From the NCBI RefSeq assembly GCF_000315625.1, contig NW_005434653.1, forward strand, positions 1-64,000: a stretch of 64,000 nt of DNA, read 5' to 3'. The translations under genes were made by a program, and so were the position numbers. The notes below the pieces were generated by a model, which worked only from the letters and a program-made list of their open reading frames with translations, was not told the DNA's origin and made no database searches. Origin of the DNA: Guillardia theta CCMP2712. Taxonomy: Eukaryota > Protista > Cryptophyta. Shown here piece after piece: positions 11,307 through 25,600 of the stretch (the stretch's first letter is position 1; each line of letters begins with the position of its first letter).

Positions 11307-12917
11307 ACTGCCCCTCGTGCCTCGTGCCTCCTCCTTCTCGTCCCTTTGACCTCCATTACTTTCAGGTACCAAACTGGATGACGGAACTCCCAGCTGGGCT
11401 TGTCCATGATGCTCTTCGCGGTCTCACCTCAGCTGGAGGCAACCGGAGCTCTCGAGCGAAGCAGGAGAAGGATCCTCGAGAGAGAAGCAGCGGCAGCAGG
11501 AGCTTGAGGAGGAGGGCGAGGAACGAAGGAGCAGAAGAGGAGAGGAAGAAGGTTGGGAGGAAACACCCTTGCTGCTCTCCCTCATCTTCCTCTTCAGCAG
11601 GCGAAACTTCGACTCCACAAGCTCAAGCAGAGGAGAGATGCTCATCACCGGATCCTGGCTTCAGCTGCTCTTGCCCCTGCTCCTGCTCCTCCATCTCTCT
11701 CCTCTCGCACTCCTCCTGCTCCTCCATCTCTCTCCTCTCGCACTCCTCCTGCTCCTTCCTCACCTCCTGGCCTCACCTCAGCTGATCGTCTGCTGCTGGG
11801 GAGGCTCTTTGGCTTCAACACGGTCTTGCATAAGCTGAGCACAGTGAAGCATAAGACGTACAACCTCGCACTCCATGGTGAGGCGACAGAGAGGAAGCGC
11901 ATGACTGACCTGCTGCTCCTTAGACGCCGGCACGCACCAAGAAGATGAAGGAGCTGCTGTAAACTCGGTTCTCCTCCTCCTCTTCTCCACTTTTCCTCTC
12001 CTCCACATCCTCTCCCTCCTTCTCGTTCTCTTTCTCCCCCTCCGTCTCTCTTTCTCGTTCGCTGTCGTTCCCTTGTCCTCTCTACTCATCCTCCTCCAGG
12101 TTGTCTCTCAGGCCGACATGCGGAGGAGCAAGCGAGTCACCGACAGCCCCGAGCTGCTCAAGAAGTTGAGGGACAGGAGGAGGCAGCAGGACCAGCGACA
12201 AGCCCAGCTGAAGGTCACTTGCTCCATCCCCTGCTGCCTCTTTTCTCATGCTCGTGCAGAGCGAGCAGCAGCTCGAGCAAGCAGCTCGACATCTGCTGGA
12301 CAAGGTTGACACCAGCAGGTGTGAAGGGCAGCTGAGAGGCAGGTGGGGCTGACGCGGGCGGGTGGCAGAGACCCCTGGTTGAGATCCATCCTCTCGAGAA
12401 TCGCCACTGATACTGCCAAGGCGAGGGACACCCGCCCCCCTCTTGCTTCTCCTCCAGCTTTCCTTTCCTCCCTAGCACAGCTCCTCCTCGTGCTGCTCGT
12501 CCTGGTGATCTTCAATGGCTGTTTCCCACTGACGTCAAGGCAGACGGAGGTGGCGAAGGAGAAGATCTCGCGCATGAGAAGCGACTTGAAGGTTTTCATC
12601 TCCTCCTCACAACCTCCCTGATGATGCTCGCTGAAGGTCCCTAAGAGGGAGCAGGGCTTGAGGTGACCTGACTGCTGCTGCTGCTGCTGCTGCTTCGCTC
12701 TTACTTGCCTGTCTACAGAAGCGACAAGCAGGAGCCTGCAATCATGATCTTGGACCCACACGATGCCCAACAGCGGTACTGTGCTCCTCCTTCTCCTCCT
12801 CCTCTCATCCTTTTTTCGCTCCTCCTTCTCTCCTCTTCTCCTCAACATATCGCAGGAGGAGGGTTGAAGCTCAGCGCCTTCTCCAACATCTTCTGTCCTC
12901 TACTCACGACGACTTGA
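10829..12917 (+). CDS. Hypothetical multi-exon protein with N-terminal transmembrane anchor and coiled-coil region
   Basis: LLLLTSVVVLVTLSLL followed by E/K/Q/R-rich exons with GT-AG boundaries. Confidence 0.5.
11190..11306 (+). repeat. (TGCC)n/(TGCT)n microsatellite, intronic
   Basis: Direct reading. Confidence 0.95.
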
Positions 12918-13089
12918 ACCGCATGCGAGCTGCTCGCTCCTCGCGTTCTTTGCGTCTGCTCAACCACTACTCCCCGCTCTTTCATGTGAGCCTGTGCTTG
13001 TGCTTGTGCTTGTGCTTGTCCACGTGCTCGTCCTTGTCTTCGCCCTTCCCCTAACTTTCTGTCAGAATCCTCGCTCATCGCACACTCGT

Positions 13090-15750
13090 CTGAGTGAGGA
13101 GGGGCGCGGGCGTCACCTTCATGGACTTGACAGCGACGAGGGGAAGGGGCGAGTTGACCAAGATGGTGGAGAGGGAAGTCGAGAGGACGGGGGAGGGAGC
13201 GAGCAAAGAGGGTCAGGAAGCTGGTTCGGGGAGTTGGGGCGAGACCTTGTACAGGATGTGAAGAACGTTGTGTAAGAGGAGGAAAAGGCTATCATGCCTT
13301 CAATCTTGTTTTCAATCTTGTCTATCACAGCTTCATTCTTTCGTGATACAACTACAAGCACTCTACGTTCTTCCTCCCCCCCACTTTTCCTTTCAGAAAT
13401 TTCGGATGTCAAAGCCTGGGGAGAAAGAAAAGATGACAAGGAGAGAAGAGGAGAGAGGTGAGGTGAAGGGAGGAGACTTACGGCTGCGCTGGAAGTAGGC
13501 AGGCGCTTGTCGTCCTTAATGACTGCATGGCGCCATGTGGGGTCCTGGAGTCCCGCAGAGTGAGAAGGGAAGGAGAGGGAGGAGAAGGGGAAGCACGAGT
13601 GGAGCTACCTTACATCCCCTGCATCCCCTGGCTAGTGCCGTCCATGGGTCCGGACTGAAACATCCCGGCAGCAAAGAGAGGTCTGCAACAAGTGTCAGGG
13701 CCCTCACAGAGGAGGAGGTAGTGGTGGTCCATTTGGAGTGAGAGGGAGTGGTCTTACTTGAAACTAGTCCCCATAGACAGCGGCGCCCCTGTTCCCTGCT
13801 CCATGAAGATCTTCATATCCCTGCGCTCGAGATCGGAGGGGAGGAGATCTCTCGGAGGAGTCCGATCTGCTTGGGACCCTGCTGGTTGAAGGGACCCTGC
13901 TGGTTGAAGGGAGGGCGTGGGTCACTCCACCAGTGAGGAGGAGGAGGAGTGTTCTTGTGGCCCATGGAGGGGAAGGGAGCTCCGGCGCCTGAGAGGCTCT
14001 GAGGAGGAAGAGCGGAGGGGTTCCCAGCAAGCAACGATGACGATCTCAGCATGACCGAGTGAGGACAGGAGGACAGGAGGAAGCAACAGAGGAGTATAGG
14101 ACGAAGAAGGAGGAAGGGGCTGGAGGCGCAGAGGTGCAAGAGGGACGGAGCAAGGGACACGAAGGAGGAAGGGGAGGGGGAGGGGTGCATGAGCGGGAGC
14201 AACGAACCTGACAAGAGTGAGTGCACTCTCCCGCTCAAGCAGGAAGGTTGGAAGACAGGGTCAGTCTCTGCTTTTCCAACGCTTGTCATCCTGCGACGGA
14301 GGATTCTGCAGCAAGGGATCGTCAGACTTCAACGCACGAGCAAGAGACTTCTCTTACCCGCATGTTGGGTGCCGGATAGGCCGAGCTGGAGGGACATGCG
14401 CATCAGGAGAGCAGCAGGAGAACCAGCAAACGTCACTTCGTGCTCGTTGTTGATGGCATCGCCTGCTCCTCCGCCATCTGGCAGATCCTGTGCGCGCGCT
14501 TCGCCATCTCCTCCGTGGCGAACTCACGCTCAGCTCGGATGCCATTAGGCGAGGCACGGATGACCCCTTGGAGCGGGTCCAGCAGTTTAATCTTCAGGTG
14601 TGCCTGAGACCACAAGCTCGACCAGTTGACGATGAGCAGCGTCCTTCCTTTGACCTTCGCTGAGATCAGAGGATTCTCCTCGTCGTTGTTCCTCTCGTAG
14701 CTCCCTCCTCCCCACGCTCCCGCAGCTACTCCGCTATCTCGTGCTACACTCGCAAGCGCGTTGCTTGCCGCCTGCATGTTGGCGTTGCTGAAGAGTGAGG
14801 GCTCTAGGGTGACGAGGGGAGTCGGCTTGAGCTCGTTGTTCGCATCCTTTCCCATGGTCATCTTGTACACCTCCAGCTCCTCATCGTTCAGGAAGACGGT
14901 CTTGTTACCAACTGTGTAAGGTTTGCGCCTGACCTCCCCGGAATCTGTCAAGAAGGAGAGTGGCAAATTGCAGCTCAGCCTCCCGCGCTCACTCGTCTTG
15001 TTGGAATCCACCGGAATCGCCGTGTTGCTGCTGCTGCAGGCGTTGATGACTGCGACTCAGTCTCCACCTTCTTCATCAGAGCAGCAACTGGGCCCATCTC
15101 TTGCACACACACCGAGCTGCAGAAAGGCAATCACAACTGAGCTGTGAAGCACCTATTGCAAGAGGAAGAAAGGGGGACTAATAGAAAAAAACACGAGGCG
15201 TTGCGGCATGAAACAGTGGGTGGAATCAATCAAGCTACCTCGCAAGAGCACACAGAGATCCAGCGCTACCTCTTGGAAGCAAAGAGAAAGCTCTTCGTCC
15301 CTCAACGTATTCATCTTCAATTCCTCAACGCTCTTTCCTTGGAGATCTGTCTCCTGCCTAGCTCTGCTGTCTGTAAAGGCTTTCATTCTTCAGTGTGTGA
15401 CAGTACGCTGCACAACGATTCTGAGTTGTAACTCATTCGCTCCAATTTCATGCACTCCCCGTCTCTGTGTCTTCTCCGTTCGTCCTCGTTGCTGTCCTAC
15501 TCTGCTAGTGTCCCTGCTGCATGTTCTGTCTTATACCGTCTCCTCTCAGGGTATCCTCCTTCGCTTACCCTCCCTCCTCTGCTCGTCTTGTTTGGCAGAT
15601 GCGTCCTTCTGATCTCAATTGCGACCTAGCAGTAATGCTTGCAATGTAACGGCACAAGACCATTATACCATTCTTTTTGATTTGTTTGCGTTCCAAATCA
15701 TACAATTCTTGATGACATTCAAAGATTCCTTCACCTCCAAGAAATTCTGA
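13090..15750 (-). CDS. Hypothetical multi-exon protein (boundaries uncertain)
   Basis: Long coding-like exon ~14433-14940 plus further short exons; no family recognised. Confidence 0.4.
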
Positions 15751-15899
15751 CATCGCCTTTTTTTTCGGTTGGCGGCCTCCGAGCCACCCGGCGGCCGGGC
15801 CCGGCGGTGGCTGGACGCCGGGTGGGCTCTATGGCAGTCTATGGTGGCCAAAACTCTGACCGTTGAACTTTTGACAGGTGTAACGGCCACTCGAAAGTC

Positions 15900-18800
15900 A
15901 TGCCGATCAAAGGGACTGGTTTTGGCAGTGGCCGTCAGAACGAAATGATGGCATCAGGAGAGAACAACATCAGGCATTCACCAGCGTCTCACAAAAACTC
16001 AAGGTGGCAAATCTCTGGTTTGATTCAAGGTTGAACGTAACGCTCCCTTTTTCTTTGAAGCACAACGAAAAATTCCACTGCTGTCATTGCTGAGGTGGAA
16101 AGAAGATTAAGCTTAATCCCATGATATCTAACGCAATGTTGACAGGCTCTGAAGTTGATAGAGGACAAGTTTTCGACGTGGGATCGCGACGATGCAGGGA
16201 TGCTGATGTTCCGCGCGGTTGAAGCGGGACTCGCGTCGGCAGCTTTTGTCAACCGAGACGCATTGCATCGAGTATGAGAGTTAACGCATGACACTATCTC
16301 CATGATCCTGATCATTCTTGTATCCGACAGGTATGGCGTGAAGTTGATATGGACAGGAACGGAACATTGGATTTCGTCGAATTCCTTTGCTTGGTCTTTT
16401 TGTGGCCGACGATGGGATCATATCGAGATTTCTTTATCAAGTGATTGCATGGCACCAGTGGGCCATCCAATAAACGTAACTTATTGCATTTGCATGCAGA
16501 GAAGAGAATGAGAAAACAGTCAGTGAAGCTTTCATAATACTCGAGGAAACATTCAAGAAGTATTCGGCGTCTGTTTGGTTGGCTATTCATGACTCACTAC
16601 TTTGCGTTAGGCATGATACTTCACAACAACTGATTCTCACTCAAAATCAGCTAAGGAAAATGTTTGCGTATGAGTTTCCAGATTTGGTTGTAGACGAAGG
16701 AGTGATTCGAAGGTAGCCATGTACCTTCATTCACACCAAGAGATCGGATTACTAAGTTTCTTTCTAGTCCGTTCATCCCGGAAGAAGGAGTCACTTTTAT
16801 GCATTTCATGTATATCATGTACTTGTTTGTGTCGTCCACTTTTCCACACAAGATTGCAGGACGCTACAGGTATTTAGAAACCCTATATTTGCCTCTCTGA
16901 AACTCAAACGTCCCTTTACCAGTGATCTTCACCGTACTGACATCGAGCGTGATGTGAAGCGACAAAAGCGCGAAAGCAGACTGATCTTCCGCTCGCACAG
17001 GTTACAGGAACGGGTTCTCGCAGCCTCTTTTGGCAACAATTGCGAGAAGCTTTTGAAGTAAAATCATGAAGATGTGTACAAGTTATTTGACATGCTGCAA
17101 GATCTTAGAGCTCGACTTCAAGATCATTGATGCAGATAAGAATGGCGCGATTGATTATATCGAGCTCACGAAAGGCATTGAGGTGACGATGAAGACATGA
17201 GGCAAAGACATAAATTTAGATCTTTAAAGATGCGACGTGGAACAGAACGGCTGGCCATCCTTGCAAGGCTTGAGCACAAATTCCACAAGGTAACAAATAT
17301 AGTGCTAAGTCCAACTCCCTGAATGTTCTGTACAGGTGGATCTCGATCGCTCAAAGCAGGTGCAGCACTCAAAGGATTGGCACTGTCTGCAGAGTCTAAT
17401 TGTTGATTTTAGATTGACTTCTATGAGTTCATGTACTTGGTAATTACGGAGAAGGAAAGGGAGCTTATTGCTTTGAGTTGATGGGATTTTGTATAGGGAT
17501 TTCTGATGATACAAGATGGATCATATTCAGGTAAATTTTAACGGATTAGTTTATCTAACAGAAAGATCAGATTTAAGCCAAGAATCGCACAATCGTATTG
17601 CAGTGAAGAGAATGTTCTTGAAAGTTCACAAGTGATTATAATTTCTGTGTTCTCCGGAACAGTCATTATTCTGTCGGTAGGCTGTTTGTCAAATACGACA
17701 GAGACAGAGACTTTAGATTGAATCAAGTGATACTTTCCTTGCCGACAAGTGTACACAACTTACTGTTGCAAAAGGCCGAACTGGAAAATTTTGCGATTGG
17801 AGAATTCGGAACTGTGCCATCGAGTATGAAACAGATTGCAGATGTATGAGTTGATAGATAGGATCAGCTACCTTGACAGTACCTCACTTCCTCGCAGACG
17901 ATTTTGAAACCTCCTCGCGGGTACCACAAAAGCTCGCGAGTGCTTGACATCATTCGGTTGGGGTATCTGCTTTCAGTCGCAAACTTGTCACACGTTTGAC
18001 AGCTTCATGAAGTTGCTCTACTTCCTCGTGTGTCCTGATGGATCTTTTTCGCTTAACTCTGGATATCAGCCAACCAAGATCAAGCGGTACGGACTTCCTT
18101 CTACTGCTCTCTCCTTTTGTTCTCCTTGGCGTTCTGAGATGAGTCGTTCATTCCCGCACATCCAATGCCCTGCTTGTTTCTGACGACTCTGATATTCCTC
18201 TGTTGGGATGTTGCATCCTGATATCGATCTTCTCTATATCTGTTCTCACGCCTCGAGAAGACCTCTACAGCTTCTCAGCATTCCTGGAGGGACGCATGTT
18301 GTGAGAAGAGAGCGCATCAATCAAGTACGACGAGGTTTGAACTCGGTTACTTGTGACTCGCCGCAGGTCACTCATTTGCGATTTAAGAAGGGCAAACTAA
18401 TCGGAGAGGTTGGGCCTTCTTCTTAAACTTACTTTCAACGTGCTGGTAGGGAACTCAAGCTAGGGTCTTCAGCGGCTTCTATGACGGACAACCCGTGGCC
18501 GCCAAGGTAAGCAAGGGGGATGCGACATGGCGGGAACATTGAAAAGCTAGAATGTGTAGAGGAGACATGACTGGTTTTGCAGATTTTCAACAATCTGTCA
18601 ATCACAGAGATTGAAAATGATGTTCTCAACGAAGTCACTGTCATGCTAAGACTAAATCATCCTCACTGCGTCTTTCTCATCGGAGCTAAGATCACTCCAG
18701 AAGATGGCGGGCCCCTCATCCTTACCGAGCTCTGTGAGGAGGGCTGCTTGTTTGACCTCTACGCATGCCGTCAGATCAGGTGAGGAGGGCAGGAAAAGCA

Positions 18801-19708
18801 GCAGCGAGCTGACTTCCTTTAGTTTCGACCATCAGACGGCTTGGAGAATTGCAAGGGAGTGCGCGTCAGGGTTGCAGGCCGTGCATGAGATCGGATACAT
18901 GCACAGAGACGTGAAGAGTTTAAACATCCTCATGACCAAAGGCTTTTCTGCTCGCCTTGCTGACTTCGGACTTGCTGTGCTGCAAGCCAAGAGCCACCAC
19001 GACGCTTGCGGAACAGTACAATGGATGGTGAATGGAAGAGGAGGAATGGAGGAGGAGGGAGGAGGAGGAGGGAGGTGGTGGAGGAGGGAGGGAGGGAGGG
19101 AGGGAGGGAGGGAGGAGGAGGAGCGCAGGGGAGTGGTACAAGTTAACGGAAAATCTTTCCTTCTACCAGGCGCCAGAAGTTCTCGCAAATTACTTCAACC
19201 CTGCTTGCTCCTCGTACGACAAGCGGTGCGATATCTTCTCGTACGGGATTCTCTTGTGGGAAATCTTCCACTGCAAATGTCCGTACGGAGAGACGGGATA
19301 TGATCAAATGCAGGTTGCGAAGGTGAAGCAGAGACACAACCTTGCTCCGTTTCTTTTTCTGACAATTCTTCCCTGTTTTCTTTCCCTTTTCCCTCTCTGG
19401 AATATTCTGGTCCCTCCAATCTCTTCCATGGATTCTCCTCATCCGGACAGGCTGTCTTGGAGGAGGATATTCGTCCCACCATCTCAAGACGTGTTCCGTC
19501 CTTCGTGAGGTGAAGCGAGCACACGAGCATGAAAGCACAGAGAGTGATCCGCGTCGCAGCAACCTCATCATGTCCTGCTGGGACTCTCGTCCAGGCCTGC
19601 GACCCTCCTTGAAGGGCATCCTGCAGGTGAAGCAGACAAGTGCCAGCATGCAGCCTCACAACCAAGCAGGTGCTCGACCAGAACCGTGAGATCTTGCAGA
19701 GAAACTGA
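15900..19708 (+). CDS. Multi-EF-hand, TKL-type protein kinase (many short exons)
   Basis: EF loops DRDDAGML, DMDRNGTLDFVE, DADKNGAIDYIE, DLDRSKQ|IDFYE and DRDRDFRLNQ|AE. Kinase motifs IGE|GTQARV, VAAK, HRDVKSLN, DFG, GTVQWM|APE, DIFSYGILLWE and CW...RP. Confidence 0.85.
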
Positions 19709-19949
19709 AACTGAGACTTAAACTTCCCGTGTTGTTTCTATTGACCATAATGTATTGTAGGATCATGTATGAACTGTGCTCGCCGAGCTCCCCTAAGCTC
19801 CTCAACAACCTCCATCATCTTGTTGACCTTGTGACTTATTGTCTCTGCAAAATCACATTGTTACTGCTTGGAGATGTGTGGTGGATGAATAAAGTTGAGG
19901 ATGGAGTCTCTCACAAAATGGAGTCTCACCAAGAAACGATGAAATCTCT

Positions 19950-21235
19950 CTGAGTTCAGAATAAACAGCATCCAAGCGGTTGTCATGCTGAAGATTTTCT
20001 CTTTCTTTCAACTGCCAGTGGAATGAATAAGAAACGCTATCGATGGTACATCGACTCACGTTCAGCTGGTGTGGTGAGGTCGATAGCAGGAACGGGAGAT
20101 TCTCTTGAAAATCAGTCATCAAGTTCTCTGTCTGTCCTAGCAGGTCAATACAAATGACATGGCACGAGGCTCCACCTGGCACACGACGTCGTCGCACGCA
20201 TCATGGTTGAAATATTCAATGTTTACATGGCCTCCTTCTCTTGTTGCTCTCCCCTCTGTTTCTTTGTTTCCTCTTTCCACTCCAGGTTCTTGCACACAGT
20301 GAAAGTTGTCGCGCGCCTGGATCTCAAGATCGTTCTCGGACTGCACTCGGACACTACTCCAATCGTCGGTTAAGCCCATGACGGTATGAATCCCTATAGT
20401 GTGGGTTGGAGACGAGGAAAGAGACGAAGAGATGTGACTGCTTGCATGCGTCTCTCTGCTACAGACTGTGTTCTCCGATGCGCTGTGCGAGGGGGGTTTT
20501 AGCACGTCAACCTCCTCCTCCACGTGCTCCTCGTAAGCACACTGAGATTCCTCTTCGGCCCTCTGCTCCTCTTCTTGGATTTCCCTGAGAAGATCATCGT
20601 CTGACAACTCTCTGAAGATGCTGCTTGCTTGTTGTGACGCTTTGATGGACGATACCTCGGCGTTCAGAGAGGAACATCCTGCCTGCACCTGTGGCCAGGT
20701 CAGCTTCATTGGGTTGCAAGCATGTAAAGAACAAAGATTTGTCGATCACCAAGGTATTGTGTTGCTCTAATGTAACCGAAAGCGAGTTGTTTCTCTGTAT
20801 GTAACAAGTCGGCGCTCCTTGTTTACTCTTGGGCTTCAACTTCTGTTTTGCACCAACTTTTTGTTTGTCTGCTGGTTGTTTTCGACGAGCCTCGGAGTCA
20901 AGGAGTTCTTGTCTGATAACCAAAAACTCAAAACTGATGAGAAGTGAAACAAAACCATCATACGCTAACGCCTTGATGTCAAAACTTGCAGGAATCTTGT
21001 CCTTGACCTTCTTACTTCTTGACGGTTCATGTCTGCTGCAAAGATGAAAGGAGTTTTGAATGGTGAGATGAATGGGGATTTGAACATTGCTCATAAGACC
21101 TTGCAGTTCGCAGACTGACAGACTGCAAAGGAAAATTTGAGAAAACATCAAACCAAGGCTTGATCTCTCACCACCGAGCTCTTCAATCCATTGAAGCTAA
21201 GCTGTTACACACTTAGTTTCTACTTCGCCATGCTC
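19950..21235 (-). CDS. Hypothetical multi-exon protein
   Basis: Coding-like acidic exon ~20260-20690 and flanking short exons. Confidence 0.35.
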
Positions 21236-21446
21236 AGAACACCTGAGGGGTTGCTGCGGTCCTTGCATTGCTTGACAGACAACCACAATTGAATAGCAAC
21301 GCTGCAATGACGAATAACCTCCGGCTCATTATCTGTACAAGTTATCGAATAAGCCCAAGCGTATGCCTTGGCAAAAGCGTGAATTCGTAGGTCTGTATAA
21401 CGACGAGTTCCTAGAGGTGAAGGCTGTTGTTAGAGGGCTGCAATCA

Positions 21447-21665
21447 TCGGACTCTTGGCTTGTACTTGTAGGAATCAGCAGTTCGGACTCTTGGCTTGTA
21501 CTTGTAGGAATCAGCAGTTCGGACTCTTGGCTTGTACTTGTAGGAACAGCAGTTCAGACTCTTGGCTTGTACTTGTAGGAAACAGCAGTTCGGACTCTTG
21601 GCTTGTACTTGTAGGAAACAGCAGTTCAGACTCTTGGCTTGTACTTGTAGGAATCAGCAGTTCGG
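21447..21665 (+). repeat. 36-bp minisatellite x6 (TCGGACTCTTGGCTTGTACTTGTAGGAATCAGCAGT)
   Basis: Head-to-tail units with no spacers. Confidence 0.95.
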
Positions 21666-22646
21666 ATGACGCTTGCTGCCACTCCACTTCATCCCCTCAG
21701 CTCCTTGCCTCCATCGATGCTCGCTTTGTTACCCGACCATGGTGGCCACTTTTTTTATTTTACAGATTATTTTTTTCTTTTTACTCAGTTTTTTTTATCC
21801 GACCCGGGGCGTTGGGTCGGACCGAACTCAACAACCGAAGCGGCCTGAGTCGGTTCGCAAAGGCTGTCACGTGTGCATGTCAGTGCCAGTGGTGTGCGAC
21901 AGTGTCCGGGTGGCACGCCTCCCGGACAGAGTCCCGGCTCGACTCTCCTGATTGTCCTCCGATTCCCGGCCTGTCTCGGCGCTTGAAACCGGTGATTCGC
22001 TGCGGGGGGCACCGCGCCATGCCAGCCGCGATGACCCAGGCTAGCCCCCTTCATCCGGCGCCGGATTACCGTCACGGCGTCGTACTCCGTAACGTCAACC
22101 CTGCCGATGGCCGCCAGCGCCCGGCCGTAACTTAGTCACGCATGATCCGGGCCGGATGAGACTTCCTTGCTGCTTAGCGGCTTGCAAGTTTGCTCCGGCG
22201 AGCCGGCAGCCAGGTCCAGTGTCAGGCAGCCGCGCCTCAGGCCCAGTGCCATGACAGTGGCGGACTCCCTCCGCAGCCGCCGGGGCCCGGCCTGCTGTGT
22301 GACGGTCCAGTCTTTCAAGTTTTACTCAAAGTTAAGTAAAAAAACAGCCTAGTATGAGGATCGCCAAGGGAAGGGGCTCATCAGTGTCTGCCGCAACAAA
22401 GGATGCCGCGACAAACGATGCAAAGATACTAGTATTTTAGTCAACTCTCAGCCCGCCCCTGCACCTGACAGATGACCATTTGTTTTTTGATTTTACTTCT
22501 GCGCAAAGTAGAAATTCCCCATCATTTTTCAAGTTTTCTCGTGAACTTCTCTTTCAGTTTAAAAATAAAGAACTTTACAACACCCGCTAACGTCGTCATA
22601 TATAATTACGACCTTCTTGGTTGACTGCCACTCAGTCACTTTTGCC

Positions 22647-25600
22647 ATGGTTGGTTTCAAAGGCGTGAGCTCGTTGGCGGCGAAGATTGAGCGAAGCCTC
22701 TCTGAAGGCTTCGGCTATGTCGGCTCATGCGTAGGTACATATCCCTTCCGATCTATCCTGCTTGCTCTTGTCATGTGCATGGCGCTCCTGCCAGGATTGA
22801 CCATGATGAAGTCCGGGAGTGAAGCGGAGAAGCTGTATGCACCTGCTCGTTGGAACAGAGCAAGGGACGAGAGAACCCTGTATGCGAAGCTTTTTGGCAT
22901 CGAAAACGTCAAGAAGCATACCTGGTGAGATCAGACGGTATGCCTGTTTGAGCAAGCTGATTATGATTTGATGTGTATAGTTCGCTTTTAGCTTACACCA
23001 GCGACTCTGACAACAATCTTCTCGAGGCGAATGCAATCAAAGCTCTAAGAAGGATACACAATGGCATTCTCAACCTAACTTTTGTGGATTCCAGCGGTGA
23101 TACAGAAGTCCTATTCTCTTTCAAGGACATTTGTAAACGATCGGACGTTGTTGGCTATGAAACAAACTGCTCGTTCGTTGGTGTGGTGGAACTGAGTGAC
23201 AGTGAGATTAGCAGCGTTCCAGCTGGCATTTTTTTCAACCCAAAGTTTGGATACATTCCTGTGGCTTCTTTTTTGGGGGGCCGAAGGCAACCCCAAGGAT
23301 CCTCCTACGTGGAGGGGGCGAGTGGTCTGTTGCTCCAGTACGAGCTCGAGGCAGCAACAACGAGCTCGACGCTCAAGTTGTAGGAGGAAGGCTTCCTCTT
23401 ACACGTAGGAACTGTAGCTAAGGAGCAGGCAGCTTCGTTGCCCTTCAAGCTGGCATACGAGATAGAGAGCTCGCAAGAGGAGGAACTATCGAAGAGTACA
23501 AGCGGCGACATCAAGCTTCTGATCGTCGCATTCGTGGCAGTAATGGCCTTCACCTTCATCGTCATGCACTCTTTCATGGACAAGGTTGCGTCCAAGGCAT
23601 CTCTGAGCTTTGCAGCGTGTGGAGCCATAGGCCTTGCCATTGGCAGCTCCTTCGGCCTCATGGGGTACTGCCAAGTGAAGTTCAATCCCGTGGTTTCCTT
23701 CGTGACTTTCTTGTTGCTGGGCCTTGGGGTGGACGACTCTTTTGTGCTGGTGCAGGCGTATCACTATACGGTAGAGAACCTGGGCAAAGATGCGACTGTG
23801 AGAGAGCGCACAGAGCTCGCGTTCAAGACTGCAGGAGTCTCTATCTTTTTCACATCTCTTACTTTTTTTTGGAGCGTTCATGGCGCTAGACGCTCACCGG
23901 GAGTACCTTCAAGTACCGTGGTACTGGTCGATGATCGGAAAGGGGTTTCTTTGGCCCAAGATGTATTCAAGCGAGGAGACGCCGAGCAAGAATAACTACA
24001 TCACAGACCAAGGACATTGTCGCACCCAGCCAGAGACGCAGCTCCTCAAGAGACTCGGCAGAGCGTATGGAGAGATGCTGCTGCATCCTCTCGTGTCTGC
24101 TTGTGTCTTGGTCCTCTTCGCCGGGTACATTGCTGTTGCTGTCTTCGGGGCGTCAAAGGTCGGCACAGGGCTTGACGTGCGCAACCTTGCGGCATCCGAC
24201 TCATACTGGACCATCTTTGTGACAGAGAGGTTCCGATTGTTCAACGACTACGGGCCTCTGTACCTCATTGCGTTCCCTGCTGCAGTGATCGACGTGTCGA
24301 AGCCTGGAGAGCGGACAAAGCTGATGGGGGTTGCAAGGGAGATAGAGCAAGACAGTTGCTTCCTGCAAGTGCCTCAGGGCCTGTGGCTGAGAGACTTTCA
24401 AGCTTTTGTGCGAACAACAGGAGCAGACGAGACCTTGTTAGAGGGCGAGGCTTTCTACGATTCGCTTTCCGTCTGGCTGGCAGGGACCGGAAAGGTTTAT
24501 CTCAAGGATATCATGGTCACATTCAAGGAAGGAAAGGTTGTGTCCATCGAATCATTTCGTATGAGATTCAGGCAGATTCCAGGCACAACAACAAGCGGAG
24601 ACAAGTTAGGCGTCCCTTGTATGAAGCAGGTGCGAAGGATCCTGGACCAGAGCTATCCTCCAAACAAAGACATCCGTCCCCTCACCATCGATGATAGAGA
24701 TGTGTTTGTGTACTGGGAGGGATCGGCTATCATCGTTGAGCAAACAGTGCTGAACCTGATCTATGCGGTGAGCCCTCATTGGAAAAGGTAAAATAGGTTG
24801 CCAAGTGCCCTCTTAGGCTTTTCTTCTAGGCGGCCGCTTGCTTTGTAGTGACGGTTTTCATCATACCGCATCCGGTCCGAGTGTTCTGAGCTCAGCTCGT
24901 GTCTCACACGTGGGGCCTCAGATTTTGTGCTTCATAGCGATGATCGTGGTGGCGATGATCCTGGTGGGCGCATCTAAAGGTAGCAAGGTCACTGAGTGGG
25001 ATGAGGCAGGTAGGAACGCTTGCCAGCATGTCGCTCATCTCCAACATGAACATCGAGACAATTTCCATGATCGACCTGGTGACTTAGCATTGCCCTCGAT
25101 GTCTAGAGCTTGAGCGCTTGTCCGCTAATCAAGTCTCAGGTGTTGGGGATAGGTTTCTCTATCGACAACGTCGCCCATTACGTGCACGCGTTCATGAGCA
25201 GTCAGGCGATGGCGTACGGGGAGGAAGGACAGCTGCAGAGGGCGGCATCGAGGAAGGCAAAGGTGGTGAGGAGATGGAGGAGGAGAGGACCTGATAGCAG
25301 CGCTTGCAGGCGATTGATGCTCTTGAGAGGATCGGCCTCCCGATCCTCGCCGGCGACCTATCCACCATGATAGCGCTCCTGGCGCTCCTAGGATCAAAGA
25401 GCAGGATCTTTTTCTCCTTCTTCTGTGTAAGAGCTCGTTTGAAGTCTCCGGCTTTCCTCTGACCGTGACTGCTTGCCAGATCCTCTTTGCGGTCTTGCTG
25501 TTGGGCTGCCTGCACGCAATCGTCCTCCTTCCTGTTGTCCTGGGATACTTCGGGCCCTTGATCACGGCGTCGCATGATGAGGCCACCCCTCCTGCTATGA

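Noticed and set aside
21447-21665. 36-bp repeats as a CRISPR array
   Set aside because: Units are contiguous with no unique spacers, there are no cas genes, and the context is eukaryotic
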